Source of the DNA: Eutreptiella sp. 'Long Island Sound 2002'
Taxonomy: Eukaryota; Protista; Euglenida
Direction of reading: 5' to 3'
Assembly: GCA_964036045.1 (NCBI GenBank)
Contig: OZ038378.1
Span: forward strand, 113,522,001-113,586,000
DNA length: 64,000 bases
The position numbers were made by a program, and so were the translations under genes. Shown in pieces: positions 60,618 through 64,000 of the stretch (positions are counted from its first letter, which is position 1; each line of letters starts with the position of its first letter). Under the pieces are notes generated by a model. That model searched no databases. It was not told the origin of the DNA and saw only the letters and a list, made by a program, of their open reading frames with translations.

Positions 60618-60688
60618 CACCTGCAGCGGCAGTTGATGATAAGGCAAAAGGAGGCAAGAAGGACAAGAAGGAGAAAAAGAAGAAGTAA
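60618..60688 (+). CDS. Candidate terminal exon (Lys-rich tail)
   Basis: ttgtcacag|ca cct gca...aag taa reads (A)PAAAVDDKAKGGKKDKKEKKKK*, phase-1 compatible with exon 26267-26331. Confidence 0.5.
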
Positions 60689-63600
60689 CAAGGCTTGTGT
60701 GCTTTGTGGTTCTGCTTGTGTGGCCAGAGATTGATGGCCTGGTTAAGCAAGGAATCTAACAGACCAGAACAAGGCACAGCTTCAGGGGTTTCAGGTACAG
60801 GTTCAGGGTTCAGATATCTCAACGTAGCTGAGTATGAATGGACTGGGGTAGGGATAGGTCAAATGTCAGGCAAACAGGAGGATAACATCTACTATACTCC
60901 TGCACAAATCAGCCATGCATCCGTGCAATGCAACATCACATATGAATGACACCATCTTCCCACACCAGCCAGCAATAACGTGAGGGTAGGTTGCACGGTG
61001 CCCTGCTTCACATGACCTTTGAATTTTTCAATCTTCAGTTGACTGTGTATTTTGATCCCCCCTGCCTTGCACAGCACACTGTATTAAGTGTGGATCCAGA
61101 TCAACATTGCTGGTGTCGAGCCTCTGCTTTTCTTGTTCTTATGCTTTCTTTATTATTGTTTATCATTGTCGGAGTGTATGAATCCTCTTTTGTTGCTTTT
61201 CTGCTTCCCTTATCATTGTTGGAGTGCATCAATCCTCTTGGTTGTGGATAAGAGACATAGCATCCCTGCAGCATGTCCACCTAACTCCTAGTTTTCGTAG
61301 CATGTGCATGATGTTTACAAATCATTTGGGTAGAGCTGTGAATTAGGGTGCCACCCCCTTGTTTGGAACCTCATTGTTCAGCCCTGATCATCCTAAAGGT
61401 CCATACTCTAATGCACACTTTTGACCCAATTGGACTTTTTTCATCTCTGTTGACATGCACCCAGCAGTGCCATGCTGACCACTGCCATCAACCTTTTCTC
61501 AGTGCTGCATATGTATCTTCAGTGACTTAGGAAGGCCCCCTGTTGAGTCCTGTCTGCATATCTGCCACAGCATCATTTGGGCATTCTGGAATGCATCATT
61601 TAGTTTGCCACGCGTGAGTCTACTCTGATACCCAACTCCAGGCCCAACAGGTGCAACGAACACATCCATATTTCCAGCATTCCACAGAGACTTTGTCTTG
61701 GGTTCAATAATCATTCAGTGGGCAATCATCTTTCTCGAATGGAACCTGAATTTGAACTGCTGTCCAGGCTGCGAAAATCACTTCCATGGAGCTTGAAGCA
61801 GGGTTGGGGCGAGGAAAGGGATCACAGTCATGGGTGCTTCAGAGCACAAACCCTGCAGAGTTTCCACTAATGCACTGTTTTTTTTTTAGTTGCGCTGTCA
61901 CACTGTGATGATTTGCCTCAGGTCCTCATTTCGTACTGTCAAAAGTCAAGGATAATTGGTGCAGATATCAGTCCACGAGATCTGTTTCAGGAGGTTTCTT
62001 GCATGTGGTAAGCATGCATGAAAATTACAATGTGTGCAGCTGTTTTGTGACCACTTTTTCCAACACAGCTGCTTGTGCCTTGTTTTGTTGTGGAATCTGT
62101 GAATTGAGATGTCTGTGTGCATGCTGTTTTGGATTGTCTTGGTTTCCAAATAATGTCTTCATGATGCTGCTTTTTTGGTGGTGCTGCATCACCAATATTT
62201 CCCAGGTATCTCCAAGGGTCTATTGGTATGAGCTTTCACCTCCTCAAGGAGTTGGGCTGGTCCGTGTGGCGTTAAAGGCTGAGGGCCGGGTTTGTCATGT
62301 CTGACAGGTTTCATCCTTGTGGGCTTTTTTGCCCGCATGTGGGAACCATGGACATCTTTTGTCTCAGCCTTGATTGCACATTCCAGGCAATGCAGGCCCC
62401 GCCCCCTCTATCAGCCCACCGCCACAGACTCTATTTCTCTGTAGCATGGATTCCTATTGGATTGCAGGTCCTCTCCCCCCCATGTAGATCAATCTCCTTC
62501 CTCTGTGCTCTCTTTGTGCCTCCTCCCTCAACACTGACTTTTCTCCTTACCTCTGTTTGATTGCTTAATCCAAACTGCAAATAGTGGAGGGCACCTCATC
62601 GCACAGTGGGGTTTGTTTTTCTGTGTGGTGAAGTTTCTTTGGTCTTTTTCGCAATCCGACACTCATCCACCCACAAACACACACCCTGCATGACACAGAC
62701 GTTTGTAGCCCAGCAATTGTGACACTCTTCTGTACTATGCTTTTCTGGTGTGTGCAAGTCAATGGTTGATATGGGGATTTGGCACTGGTTTTAAGCCTCA
62801 ATTGTCTGGCCTTCGACAAGTCCAGATTCTCTGTAAGTTACTGCCCCACTGACCTCTTCTGACCTCTTCTTGCTTCGCCACTCTGGCTGACAGTTGGAAC
62901 AGGCAGCTCATTCCAATCCCAGGAATTTTCTGTGGTGCTATTTCCGCGCAGTTAGCAGTAAGTCCCTCTTCAGTATCATGCCTCGCCCAAACTTGTGCAT
63001 ATACCATTGCTGCTTGGTCCAGGGCTGCTAGTGGTGCTGCTCACAATGCAGCTATCCAAGGGCAAGACCCAGCCAGTTTGAGTCACACAAACACGGTGGT
63101 TCAAAGGATGCCCCCTCCCCCCCCCACAAAAGTGTGGATAAAGCACCAAGTCTTGCTTTTGGCCATTTTGGGACTGGGGGGAGGGGGATATCTGTATTGG
63201 CATCCTCCTCCTTCTCCTGAAAGAGGGAGTGTTATCCACTTATTGGTTTGTCCCCAAGAAGGCAGGAGATACACATGTACTATCACCCCTTTTTGGGCCC
63301 CGAGACGGCAGGGGATACACAGGTGCACTCCACACAGTTTTAGGGAGTGTCTTTTTCGTATGCCGATGCAGGTTTTGCACATTATTGTGCATGGAAGAAA
63401 CCTCCTGTTTTTTGCTTTGGGTTTTTTTTTCAGGCATGCTATTTTTCTTGTTAGAGGCCGAAGTACGAAGCATCTCTTTTGGGTTTTGTTCCTAGCTTGA
63501 CATTTGGAACAGATGGGTGTTTGGTTGAAATGGCCCTTTGGTGTTCGGCTTGCTGTTGGTGGGCCGTGTGCGAAAACCTGTTGGGTAACACTCAAGGGGG

Positions 63601-63744
63601 CTGGCCTGTTCGAATTCAGACCCCTACCCCCCTCCAAACAGATGCATTTGGTGTGTCCCCCCCCCCCCCCAACTGTACCAAAAAACCCCCTGTTTTGTCG
63701 CAAAATCCCCCCCCCCAAAAGGTACCAGAAGCCCCCCCCCCCCC

Positions 63745-64000
63745 CGACTTGGGATGCTCAAACAAGTGTTTTCAGGTCGTTTTGAGCCCGTGGTGGCACG
63801 TTTTGGGCCATGTAAAATCCCAAAATGCCTTCAAAATGGGCCGTTTCAAGACCAAGAATGGGTGGAAAATGGGTCAAAAATGCATTTTTGCAAAAGTGAT
63901 TCTGGACCACTTGGGGTACCCAAACATGTGTTTTTAGCCCATTTTGAGCCCGTTGTGACGCATTTTGGCCCATGGAAAATCCCAAAATGCCTTCCAAAAG
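63745..64000. repeat. About 162-bp satellite running off the window end
   Basis: gagcccg..ttttgg(g/c)ccatg(t/g)aaaatcccaaaatgcctt at 63784 and 63946. Confidence 0.85.

Noticed and set aside
61570-61830. Possible micro-exons with GT-AG borders
   Set aside because: A consistent phase could not be maintained across them and the peptide is unrecognisable.

Overview
Eukaryotic, repeat-saturated scaffold window with GT-AG introns, many poly-G/poly-C runs, (CA)n tracts and one 200-N gap. There are no rRNA genes, operons or cas genes. A euglenozoan host is inferred from the VIPER/TATE-like retroelement gene order; this is not proven. Almost all coding sequence is decayed transposon material. It includes: a RAG1/Transib-like DDE transposase remnant with accessory genes (1-4.5 kb); tyrosine-recombinase (YR) retroelement remnants (7.4-12.2 kb and 47.6-54.1 kb); a near-complete L1/Tx1-like LINE (16.9-22.7 kb, minus); a second LINE tail carrying RNase H; three hAT-type elements, two of them with TIRs and 8-bp TSDs; and several satellites. 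The most notable structures are: (i) a CRISPR-like array of five 18-bp palindromes at a 69-71 bp period, directly upstream of an unclassified transposase-like remnant; (ii) a 3-kb CTAG-rich foldback with two palindromic centres, joining two related decayed regions, one with possible PolB motifs; (iii) an A1...B1-A2-B2 split-repeat YR cluster whose RT core is inverted in place; (iv) a hAT MITE carrying two convergent tRNA-like A/B-box units; (v) phase-compatible host exons that may be joined across a 34-kb TE-filled intron. All family assignments come from motif reading by eye; no database searches were run.
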